From NCBI GenBank assembly GCA_000708835.1, contig DF237151.1, positions 1 to 64,000 on the forward strand: DNA of 64,000 nucleotides. Reading direction: 5' to 3'. The stretch's first letter is position 1, and each line of letters begins with the position of its first letter. The notes under the pieces were generated by a model that did not search any database, was not told the origin of the DNA, and saw only the letters and a list, made by a program, of their open reading frames with translations. Made by a program: the position numbers and the translations under genes. Origin of the DNA: Klebsormidium nitens. Its lineage: Eukaryota > Plantae > Klebsormidiophyceae. Positions 1 to 10,021 of this stretch are shown piece after piece.

Positions 1-4
1 CACT

Positions 5-2459
5 TTATCCGATGCGCAGCGACGTCACCAGCGGATCGTGCACCTCGAAGCTGTCAGTCGGCCGGACCAGCTTGGGGAGCTCGAGCTGCACACCTTTCGC
101 GTCGAAGGGCAGTACCGGAGCCCAGAGCGGACTCCCGGCAACATGGGGGCAAGCCAAAGCCGGGCATACGCAGCTTGTGCACACTCTGGTTACGCCGCTC
201 ATGGCGTCCCTTCCGTCCCCTCCACTCAACGCCTGTGGCGCGGTGTGCGTGGGCACAACCTCCTCCTTTTCAGCTTGCAGCACCCCCGTTTCTGTCAATT
301 GCCCACCTTCCCGCTCTGACTGAGTTGCCCAGAACGTTTTCGACCGCTTTGGCACCCGTTCTGAGCCACGACCTCCCGGCTCCTGTCTTCCTCTCTTCCC
401 CCCGGCCTCGCGCGCGTCAGTCCCGACTTGGCAGCACCCGTTCTCGCAAGTCCCCCGCTCAAAATCTGCCCCACCGAAGAGCTGCTGGTGCTGCTTGCAG
501 AAGCACGAGGCCCCTTTGCAGCTTGCGGCCTCATGAGGCTGGCCCACGACAAGCTCCATCAAGTACCGTTCGACCGAAGACAGGCCGGACGACCCTTCTG
601 CTGAGCTTCCCTCTTTCGACTCCGGCGCCCGTTCCCTCTCCTCCTTCCGGTCCGTTTCGAGCAACCAGGCACGTGCCCTTGCCAGCTGGTCATTGGAGAA
701 CAAGCAGCCGCTCACCGTGACTCGCACGATGCCTCTGCCTGGATTCCGAAGAGCGTCTTTGACAGCGCGTATGTGGTCGCAGTCTCCCGACGTGCTGCAA
801 CCCGACTGCTTGCCCTGGCAGTACCACTCCTCCCCCGCGCCCTCATCCTTGTGCACCATCGTCCGCTTGGGAGAAGGGGAAGCTGCATTCCAGTAGACGA
901 CAAAGACCCGCTCAGCCCCTCTGCTGCACGGAACCTTGATAACCCGCCTGCCCTTCTGGAGCGCAACGTGGCTGGCTTGCTGGCGCGACCCCAAAGCCGC
1001 GAGCGCCAACTTGTGGACGCATGGAGCATCCGGACCCAGGCGCCCGCGGTCGCAGGTACAGCTGGGCTTCCCAAGGGTGTCCCAGTGGACCGTTTCGAGC
1101 AGGGCTGTGGATTTGCTCGGTCGTCCAAGCGGCTTTGGCCTGCCATTTGCCCAGACGGTCATGAGGAAGACCAGGCCAGGGGAACCCTCGTCTCCCCGTT
1201 CAGAACCGTCTCCCAGCTCATAGATCGAGCACGTCCCGTTCTGAACGCCCGCGAGGAACTTCGTCGCCTGAGAGGTGAGAGAAGAAACTGCCGCGCCATC
1301 GGCATGACAGCGCTCCTTGCTGTCTGGACACTCGGCGCCTGATGTAGAGGGGTCTTCCTGCGGACAAGAGGATTTTGAAGTGAGTCACTGCAATCAAGCA
1401 TCAGGTACTTTGGCCATTGCGACTAGCCGGCAGTGGAATATCAAAGAGACGTTACCAGTGAGCCACTGCAATCAAGAAGGTACTTGAAAAATAAAGCAGA
1501 ATCATTGCGACTTCCCAATCAATTTGTACTTGCTGACCACAAAAGCAGTGTAAAAGCTCTAGATCCAGTCAATTGCAATCGAATTTCTGTGCATTTGAGA
1601 GAAAAGTTGACCAATGAGCTGCTCTCTTGTACAGTTGTTATGTGGTGAAGCTTGACACCTTCTGACACCTTTTTTTTAATACTTGTAAAGTATATTACTA
1701 CACGATTGCACTGCACAACTTTTACGGCGTGGCACCTATGGCACCTTGGCACCTCATTTTCAATCATGGAACCTTCATCCAAAAAACCCTGACTGAAGAA
1801 AAAAGAAGAGGTGGTGGTGCCAGGGCGTCATCCAAAAATGAGACCAACGTCAGGGCGCGGCAGTTTCTGAGGGGTCAAAAGCCAAACCAGAACGTCACTG
1901 CACTCACCTGCAACTTGCGCTTAACGTCCGCTCCAGCAGTTTTCCCCCTGTTGAGCGCGCTCTCTGCAGCGGATTTTGCTACCTTGCCTGTGACTGACTG
2001 TCTGCTCAACGCATCTTGCACCGCCAACTCCTCTATGTAACCGCTTGTGAGCTCTTTGACCTGCTTCCAGGGAGTGCTCTTTGATTCACGCTTGAACCAC
2101 GTCTCACTGGTTGCGGCCTGCTTTTGTGATACTGTCACTGACCTCTCGCTCACATGAACAATGCCAACCCAGTGTTGCACGCAAGAAAGACACAAAGGCT
2201 GCGCGCGTTGTTTGCATTTGACAGCCGACGAGATGGCAAACCCAAGGAGAGACTGCTGAGACTTGCGGAAAGTGATTCTGTGTGTCGCTTCTTGCGCGCT
2301 TTTGATCAAGAGAGGCTGCTTGCATAAGACGCACTTGCTGGCTACAGGCGTTTCGCTGAACAGAAGAGCCGGATCAACAATATATCGTCCAGTCTGCAGG
2401 CTCTTCTGGTCCTCAAACCCTAAATTGAGAGCTTGGGAGCCCTTCTGCTGACATTGCAT
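5..2459 (-). CDS. Spliced SWIM zinc-finger / Cys-rich protein (possibly KDZ/Zisupton-transposase-like N-terminus); exon chain only partly resolved
   Basis: ORF 5..1162 stays open upstream to an acceptor near 1338 (ctctacatcag|). It carries a SWIM-type CxC-x(n)-CxH motif (CTCDRGRLGPDAPCVH), a second Cys/His cluster (WYCQGKQSGCSTSGDCDH) and a C-terminal CxxCxC-xxx-CxH. The upstream ORF 1875..2534 has CxxC motifs (CVLC, CLSC) and ends at a strong GTGAGT donor (exon end 1908). The link between 1908 and 1338 is not phase-resolved. There is a TAA at 5-7, but the gene may splice past the window edge. Confidence 0.5.
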
Positions 2460-2976
2460 GGTCCCTGGTGAATTGCATTGGCTCGGGTTGCGGCTTGCAT
2501 GCAGACTCGGACCTGCGGAATGTGATAAAACCACTTTGATTTATGGGAGAATTTATACCCCTTCTGGTCAAGGCTGCTCCGGCCTTGGTCATTCGACCGA
2601 GAGACTGCTGCCTGCTGTTCAGCTATACCACGTATTTTATCTCGTTTTTCAAGGCTGCAACGTGGTTTATCTGGGTTTTTAAAGCATGCAACGTAGGTCG
2701 TTTCGGAGCGGTTCTACGAGAGGTTATACCACGTGGTCCACCGGCCGGTGTAAAAGTTTCCCTGGTTTCCGGACCGGCAGCCCTTCACGGCCTAGGGGGT
2801 GCCGTACATGCATTCCTCTACGGCACAAGTTTCCTAAATAACGTCAAAGTGCCGGAACTCTGACATATATCGCGCAGTAACCGTCCGATCTGGCAGGGCA
2901 TCTCTGCGACGGATCTCCGCCGCTCATTTTATGCCAACCATCAGTTGGTGCCCCCTTGGAGACTAACGCCGAGTAA

Positions 2977-4229
2977 CGGCCTTTTCACAAGAGGACAGTT
3001 TGACGACAGTTTATAAACCGGGGCGTTTCAGAGCCCCAGTCCTGCGACAATTCGGTGCCACGTCAAGCAATCAATCACCGTAGGATTTTGCAAATGGTCG
3101 CCAAATTGACGTCAAACTGTCGCTAGGGGCCAAAAACTGTCCGGGCTCAGGGCTGAAACGGCCGGAGAGTTTGACGTCGTCCGTATTTTCAGGAAGGTGG
3201 AAGCTTATATCGTCCGGTCGTTTGATCTCCAGCAGACGTTGCAGAAGTTGGATTCTCGGCCGCATCGACGGCATTCGGGGCGCCGTCGTTAAACCGGTCA
3301 GGCATTAGCATAAAATTGAACTCGGGGAATATTACCGCCACTTTAGGTTGTTGGCGACCTAACCCCAGAGGGGCACGGTCTACCGTCGCCATATGACGTC
3401 AGGGGGACCGGTCCCCCAACGTCCTCTTTACGATCCGGTGGTACACCTCCTGAGTCCTGCAGTGCCAAATTCCAAAATACTGAGGTAAAATCGGGTTAAC
3501 TCGGTTTCAGAGGGCGACAATTCCGAAGGTAAAATAATGCGCACGTACGTGGCTAATGAACGAGCACAACAATCGAATCCGGTGGTGCCAACTGGAAGGG
3601 GCCAAAGTGGGGTCAAGTTTCAACCGTCAAACTGTCTGGATCAGTGTTAAGACTAACTTTTTGAATTGGGAGTCCCGGGACACCCTCGAAGTGGTCATTG
3701 GGGGTCTTTTGGACACCCCGAGGCTTTCAATCGGGTGTCCCCAGGTGTCCCACCCGAGGACGCCTTTCAAGGCTGTTTTGGGTGTCCCTCTTTGGCGCTA
3801 CTGCCCCGGTGCACACTTTGTTCCGGCCATGCGTCTCAACCACTTGTTGTGCCCTCCCTGCCCCATGAAACGTCTGTACAGTGTGGGTAACAGCTGCCCC
3901 GACCACCAAAAGAGCCAAATCCAATCTACAAGATTGTATTAGATAGTATAAGCACAATAATCAACTTATATTCTAGAAGACCAGAGATTATAAATGGCTT
4001 TTATGCCCCCAAATCATGTACAGGGGCACAGATAGCCATCCATGAAGACTGTCATTGGGTGTCCTTGGGACCCCCTGGCTTCGTTCATTGGGTGTCTTTC
4101 GGACACCCTGGCGACCCCCTTTGGGGTCAATTTTGGCCATTGGGTGTCACTTTTACCTGAGAGGGGACACCCAATCTTAACACTGGTCTGGATGCTGGAA
4201 CATCAAATTGTCCTCTTGTGAAAAGGCCG
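2977..4229. mobile_element. Non-autonomous PIF/Harbinger (Tourist-like) MITE, about 1.25 kb
   Basis: 27-bp terminal inverted repeats, 2977-3003 (cggccttttcacaagaggacagtttga) and 4203-4229 (reverse complement cggccttttcacaagaggacaatttga), 1 mismatch. Flanked by TAA at 2974-2976 and 4230-4232; TAA/TTA target duplications are typical of PIF/Harbinger. No transposase ORF inside. Confidence 0.85.
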
Positions 4230-5188
4230 TAAAGTACCGTCAAACCGTCCGTACGGTACCGTATCTGGAGCCAACGTCATCTACCTTCCTGACGCAGACT
4301 GCATGCGTCACAGTGGTCCACGTGGAGTGCTAGCCTCGTACGGAGTTTGCGCCCGGCATCATTTGCGATCTTTTGCGGATCTGTCATCATGATGAGTAAC
4401 TACAGGGCCAGACGGTAGACCGGTTCATCCAATTCATACCCAAGGGCCAACACTTCTCAAATCCATTGCATTAAAAGAAGCCGCCCTATGATCCGGGCAA
4501 GCCCGGGAGATGATGCGGTTAGCTTTGGAGTTAAGGTGGTCATTTCTGTAGTGTGCCTTGAACCGCTTGGTTAATGCTTGGGTTAACTTCTATCTACCGG
4601 GTGGAGCCGCTGCGCATACCTGTAGCTGTAAATGGCGCGTTGTAAAACATTAAAATTTGCCAGCTCCCTCTGTCAGTCTGACTGCTGTGTCATACAGATA
4701 CCTCCACAAGTATCAAATGTGATCTGTCGGTCGCCATGGAAAAGGCCAGCTCTGCAGCTGAAGGCAGAAAAAGCTTCGCATTTTCAGGGGCATTCTAGCT
4801 ACGGTTTGTTTTTACAGGAGAGCTTGTCTTTGTGAATCCCTGAACATCTACACCTGTCTCAGAACTTTGCAGGATCAACGGCTTGTCCATATTAAATTTG
4901 CGGCCTCACGAGTGCCTTTACAGTCTCCTTGTCAAGCCTCCTCTCTTTCCCTTGAACTTTGTGTGTTCCCTGTGGTTGCGAGAGCCCTGCTATTACACCT
5001 AACCTCAGGCCAGCAGGCTGGTTTTCGCCGGGGGAATGCGATTTGGCAGCGCGACCATGCAAGTTGAGGCTTCAGACGAGGACTGACAGACACCCTGGTT
5101 GGGAGGTTGCAGCAGCAGAGAATGCAAGGGAGGCAACCTTTTGAGGAACGGGTTCACGTCTTCCAACCGGGTTTGGTCTGAGAGGTCA

Positions 5189-8100
5189 ATGGACACGACT
5201 CAGATGTCACATTCAGGTGGTCGAGAAAGCGGAGATGGAGATGCTCGTAAGTGCTGCAGTTCAACCCTTTGTTTGAGCTGTGAATGTATGTTCAGCTTTG
5301 TGTTTGATCATGCTGGTTTTCAGGGGAAGGCACAGGATGAGACTTGTTTTGATGTTGCATTTGGCTGCCAAGGGGCAAAGTAATAGTTTAGATGTCAGAT
5401 TGTTTATTGATCGTCTGGCATTGGCACTGGCAGCACTTTCCAATATAACGAGCTGTATCATGTCTGGCTAATTTGGACCACAAAACACACCGTCCCTGTA
5501 TATAAGATTCAATCTGGGGTCTAAGTGGCGCTCCCAAAAGCAGCATTCATGGGTTTCATTATTTGCTGCCCAAAAGAAGGTAAGGAAGAGCTATCTCTTC
5601 CACCATAATAGTCCTAAGACCTCTACAGTGTTCACAGGGATCCAAGCTTCCATTTCGAAGGCCTTTTTTGCAGAAAGCCTCAGAGGTTTCTTTAGCCCCC
5701 ATTCCTTCAGCCGTTCATTAGCTTCCCCAACCTTCTCGCCGGGGTCCATTCCAGGGGTTGCATGTTCTGCCCCACAGAGCTGCGATTCATTCCCCTGGCA
5801 AACATCTTAGAGTTAAATCCAAGTTTTTGTAATGTTCAAAAGAGGCCTGAGCATGGATTTACTCTAACAAAGTTTCCTTTCCGTCTGGCGTCTTTCCATT
5901 GCCCTCGTCTCAACAAAGCTTCCTGCTGCTCTGGTTTGCCGATCCTTGAGTTGTCATACTATCAGATTCGATCCACACACTGGACATGCATTCTGCTGTC
6001 AGATTCAATTGAGACACCTGGATAGCGAGTTCCGAAGGTCGTAGCTTGAAGGAAAACCAAGGAAACCCATCGGCATTGTTTCAATTGATCGAGTGGGGAC
6101 TCATAACTTATCAATGATCTGAGGGAAGGAAACCCTGTGCCTTTGCTAACACACTTGCCAATGCCAGGAAGACATGACAGCTGGCATTTGCTTTTTCGGA
6201 TCGCCCCACCTACTCTTCTTCCACGAATCGTTCATCAGCCAGTCTTTCCCAGTGTGTGCCGCCAAGCAATGACTAGTCGCCCCCCTCCCCTCCAACCTCA
6301 AGGATTCCAATCGCATTCTATCTCTCTTGACAAATGCCCTTAAAGCCCCCCCCCCCTCCTCCCTTCCCCCTCGATAAGGAGATTTTGTCAGCCAAGCTCC
6401 CCAATCCATTATGCAACTGGACTTAGAGGACCCCCCTCCCTTCGCCCCCCAGGAACTCAACAACAATCATATCCTTTCTACATAGAACCCCCCCCTGGTT
6501 GCAGAGCTTGCCATCAGCAAGGCTGCCCAGAGAATCGTACAACTGGTCTTCGCCCTCCTCCTTTTGAATCCAAGGGAGAGAATTACAATGGACTCTCTTC
6601 TGAAGAATCCCCGTCCTCCTCCTTCTGGTTGCAGAGGTTTTTGCCAGGCTGGCCCAGGAAACCTTGCAACTGTTCTTTGGGGCCGCCGTCTCTTCTTTGG
6701 TGCCCCCCTGCAGAGTTCTGCGCAAGCCAGCCAGGAGACTATGCAACTGGCCTCCGCCCCTCCCTTTCCCTCCTAGAAAACACTTCACACCAGATCTTTT
6801 CGTGAACGTCCGTTCCCCCCACCCCCATTACAGAGGTCCTCGCCAGCCAGGCTGCCCAGGACATGATGCAACTGGTCTCCGCCCCCCTCCCTGTTCCCCC
6901 TCAAAGTAAATTGCAATTGGTTGTGTGTTTAACCCCCCCCCTCACCCCTCTTGTCGCAGAGGTCTTCGCCAGCCAGGCTGCCCAGGAGATAATGCAACTA
7001 GTCGTGAGCCACCATGACTCCGAGGAGCTCGAGCAATCGTCCACGCAGGAGCGGACGGCCCCCGCCGTTTCCGGGGCCAGGTCTGTGAAGGGGGGGACGT
7101 CGAAGGCGAGCGAGGAGGAATTAGGGGAGAGCCAAGGGGATGGGGGTGGAGACCAGAGAAAGCGGAAACTGAGCAAAGTGCAAGTGCGGGAACTAGAGAA
7201 ACTGTACCAGGGGGGGTACACGGGAGCGCCAGGTTGGTTTTTTCAGTCCATCTAAGTTTCTGGTTTAGGGTTTTGGCGGGTCAGTAATGCTACGGGTTTC
7301 GGCGGGTTCTTCTCCAAAGTCTTTCTTCTTAAGACGTTTTTACCATGTATGTGTAATCCGTCTCTCAGTTGCATACATGATCTTTGCAGCGTCTGCCGCT
7401 TACTCTACTTGGACAGGTCAATATGATCAGTCCTGTCCACTTTTCGCCCTTCTGCCACGTGGCTCTTGTTGGTTGGTTTTGATAGTGGGTGAATTCTGAC
7501 AGCTGCTGTCGATAACCCACAAATCACCACGTGGCACCATGCTTCTGAAGGCGCTGATCTTGACACCACACCAGCTAGCATCTACATTCAAGCAATTTTG
7601 CAACAAAGTTTTTGCGTCTTTGCCGCGCGCGATTACTGGAGATCCATACCACCGAGCGCCAGCTGGCGATCTGCTACGATATCGTCTTCTTGCCACGTGT
7701 CACATCTTGATATTCTCATGCAGCGGGCCACGCTGCGATCGCCGCTGATCTGGAAGCAGAGCGTGCCAGGTGGCAATCTCTGCTGTAAGGACCCAGTTTC
7801 CTGCCACGTGTTTCGTTTCATTCGTGTTTGCAGCGGGTCGTGCTGCAATCGCTGCGCGGATTTGGGAACCACCGAGCGCCAGGTGGCAACCTGCTACGAC
7901 TTTGCCGTTTTGCTGCCACGTGTCTCATTCTTATTCGTCTTTGCAGCGGGTCGTGCTGCGATCGCTGCGCTGGTTTGGGAACCACCGAGCGCCAGGTGGC
8001 AACCTGCTACGACTTTGCCCTTTTGCTGCCACGTGTCTCATTCTTATTTGTCTCTGCAGCGGGTCGTGCTGCGATCGCCGCTGACTTGGGCACCACCGAG

Positions 8101-10021
8101 CGCCAGGTGGCAATCTGGTTCCAGAACCGGAGGGCGCGGCAGCGGAGCAAGCAGACGACCCAGGAGTACGACCTGCTTAAGAAGGACTTCCGGCTGATTC
8201 TGCTAGAGAACAAGCGGATGCGCCAGGAGGTTAGGGCCTTAACCCTTGTTTACAGTGTCAACGATCAATCTTGTGAATTTGATTGGTTTTGCCTTTGCCG
8301 TTGGAAGCAGTGTGGAGGCAAGTATGCTAAAGAGGTAGCAGCTTTCCGGTTTCGCTGTTCGTTGATATAACAAATAGTTTTGGGTCTGTGATATCGGCTC
8401 ACGGGAGAGAGGCTTCTACATTGTCTGCTTGGGTAGGAAGCAGATGCGTCACGAATCTAGCGAACCAAGCCTTTGTGAATCAAAGCATTGGCGCCCCTTA
8501 CTGCGAATCTCAACAAGCTGGTCACTAGGTCCTTTTGTTTCGGCAAAAAACACTTCTGCTGCTTTTAGCAATCCCACATTCATGGCGCAAAGCGCCAGAT
8601 ACTCTGTATTTGTGTAAAGACTCAATTTGCCCGATTTTCGAGCTTACTTCTGTGGGCCGAGTCCAAGGTCCGCTGAACCAACTACGATAGCTCCGCTAGC
8701 TTTCACTCGTCCTGACTGGTTCGCTCAGTGTTCGCTCAGTCTCACAGTGACGGACACTTTGTCGGGCATCGTACTCTCGAACGCCGGGGCAAGCGCGCCT
8801 TCTGCTGTAAACTTAAATACGCCGTCCCAAACCAAGAAAAAGCTCAATCTGGCGTCACTTGCGGGCGTTGTGTGCTGTACACGCACAAGGGTACATAGCT
8901 TCCGAGCCACTCTTTGCATCTGCCGAACGAGGGTCTCAGCGCTTCGAAGCCGTCTCCTCCTCTATTCATTTTGCTGCAGACGGCCTCTTATGTCGGATCA
9001 TGTAAGGAAGCCACTGAAGCAATACCCATCAAGTTTAAAACCTATAATGATCTAATACCTGTAAGAACCTACCCGGAACGAAAGCCAAACGAAATCCCTG
9101 ACCAACAGACATGACGCGCTCCGCACCCGAACCCACCCTAATCACCACACCAACCCCACCCGTTCCCCGGGCGTGTCTTATAGCTCTTAGATCCTTATAG
9201 GTATTATACTTTATCCTTATCTGAAGCAGGACGCTCATCTGCTGGTCGTCAGCCATATAGAAAGGTCTAGAATGTAAGACTCGTCTTTCTTGTGACAAAG
9301 CCACGCCTGCTTCGGCACTGGCTTGAACTTTGGGGCGGATAACGTGCGTTCGGAAAAAGTCCGACCCAATTCTCTGTGTTTGCAGTTGACCGAGCTCAGG
9401 CTTTTAGTTGAACGATCAGACGCCACCCCAGATCACGCCTTCCTCAATTTCTCCGCAAGCGAGAAAGAGAGCGCCGCGGCGCGTTTTGACGCCGCAGAAC
9501 CTGCGGGGCAGCGAGCGCTTATGCCGGCGTTGCACTCGCCTATGGTGCCGATTCGCGCGCCTGGGGGAGTGCTGGAAGCGCCAGTCGAGAACCCCCGGGA
9601 AAGTTTACCCAGATATGCGGAAGGCCCGCCTAGCCATAAGCGGTTGCGGGTTGACCCTCCTATGGCGACCGAGGGGTTCGCAAGCGAGTCGGTGCATCCG
9701 GTTTTCGGCGACGTTGACTTTACGGATGAGTTGTGGGACAGCGTAATCTCATCGCTGGAGCAGAGCTTTGGGTCCGAGGTCATACAGGACCTGTTCAGGA
9801 ACGGGGACGCGTTCGCAGAACTGGGCTTGCCTAAGCCGCCGAAGTATGGTTATAGCCTGAGCCTACAAGAAACGAGGCCGGGGGAGTGCCACGTGAGCCA
9901 CGTGGACCACGTGGCACGAGGGAGGACTGACGCGGGGGATCTGAGTCTTGTGCAATCGGCATTGGCGTTTCAGAGCGACGATTACGTAGGTATCAACAGT
10001 CCGTGTTGGGCGGATTTGTAA
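5189..10021 (+). CDS. Homeodomain-leucine zipper (HD-Zip class I/II-like) transcription factor, about 378 aa, 4 exons
   Basis: Exons 5189-5246, 6960-7232, 8060-8229, 9386-10021; GT-AG, phases 1/1/0, total 1137 nt. The spliced homeodomain KRKLSKVQVRELEKLYQGGYTGAPAGRAAIAADLGTTERQVAIWFQNRRARQRSKQ is in canonical register and is followed by a zipper (EYDLLKKDFRLILLENKRMRQE-LTELRLLVE). Exon 1 is the least certain. Confidence 0.85.
6380..7005 (+). repeat. Tandem array of degenerate copies of the HD-Zip exon-2 acceptor plus exon start
   Basis: Unit of the type cag|aggtcttcgccagccaggctgcccaggagataatgcaact, with the AG ending near 6504, 6634, 6713, 6833 and the functional 6959. Similarity generally increases towards the functional exon. 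Confidence 0.85.
7640..8115 (+). repeat. About 113-bp tandem array of HD-Zip exon-3 acceptor plus helix-2/3 coding start
   Basis: gcag|cggg acceptors end at 7723, 7833, 7946 and the functional 8059 (spacings 110, 113, 113). Each is followed by a variant of accaccgagcgccaggtggcaa. Confidence 0.9.
9115..9170 (+). repeat. Short dispersed repeat, copy 1 (in HD-Zip intron 3)
   Basis: gctccgcacccgaacccaccctaatcaccacaccaaccccacccgt resembles 20103-20150 (gctccgcacccgtacccaccctaaccaccaaactaaccctacccgt). Both are followed by a tat/tta-rich tract. Confidence 0.6.

Noticed and set aside
773-1342. 189-aa plus-strand ORF
   Set aside because: Antisense shadow of the SWIM gene with no recognisable motif.
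2715-4345. Degenerate inverted ccacgtgg(t/a)ccac segments on either side of the MITE as a larger element
   Set aside because: Short, asymmetric in distance and without a target duplication; G-box-type promoter motifs explain them.
7640-8115. CRISPR-like regularly spaced repeats
   Set aside because: The whole 113-bp unit is repeated with no unique spacers, it copies a host exon junction, the context is eukaryotic, and there are no cas genes.
7598-8370. ORFs 7598..8197, 7770..8084 and 7828..8370 as separate genes
   Set aside because: They are read-throughs of the echo array; only 8060-8229 is the homeobox exon.
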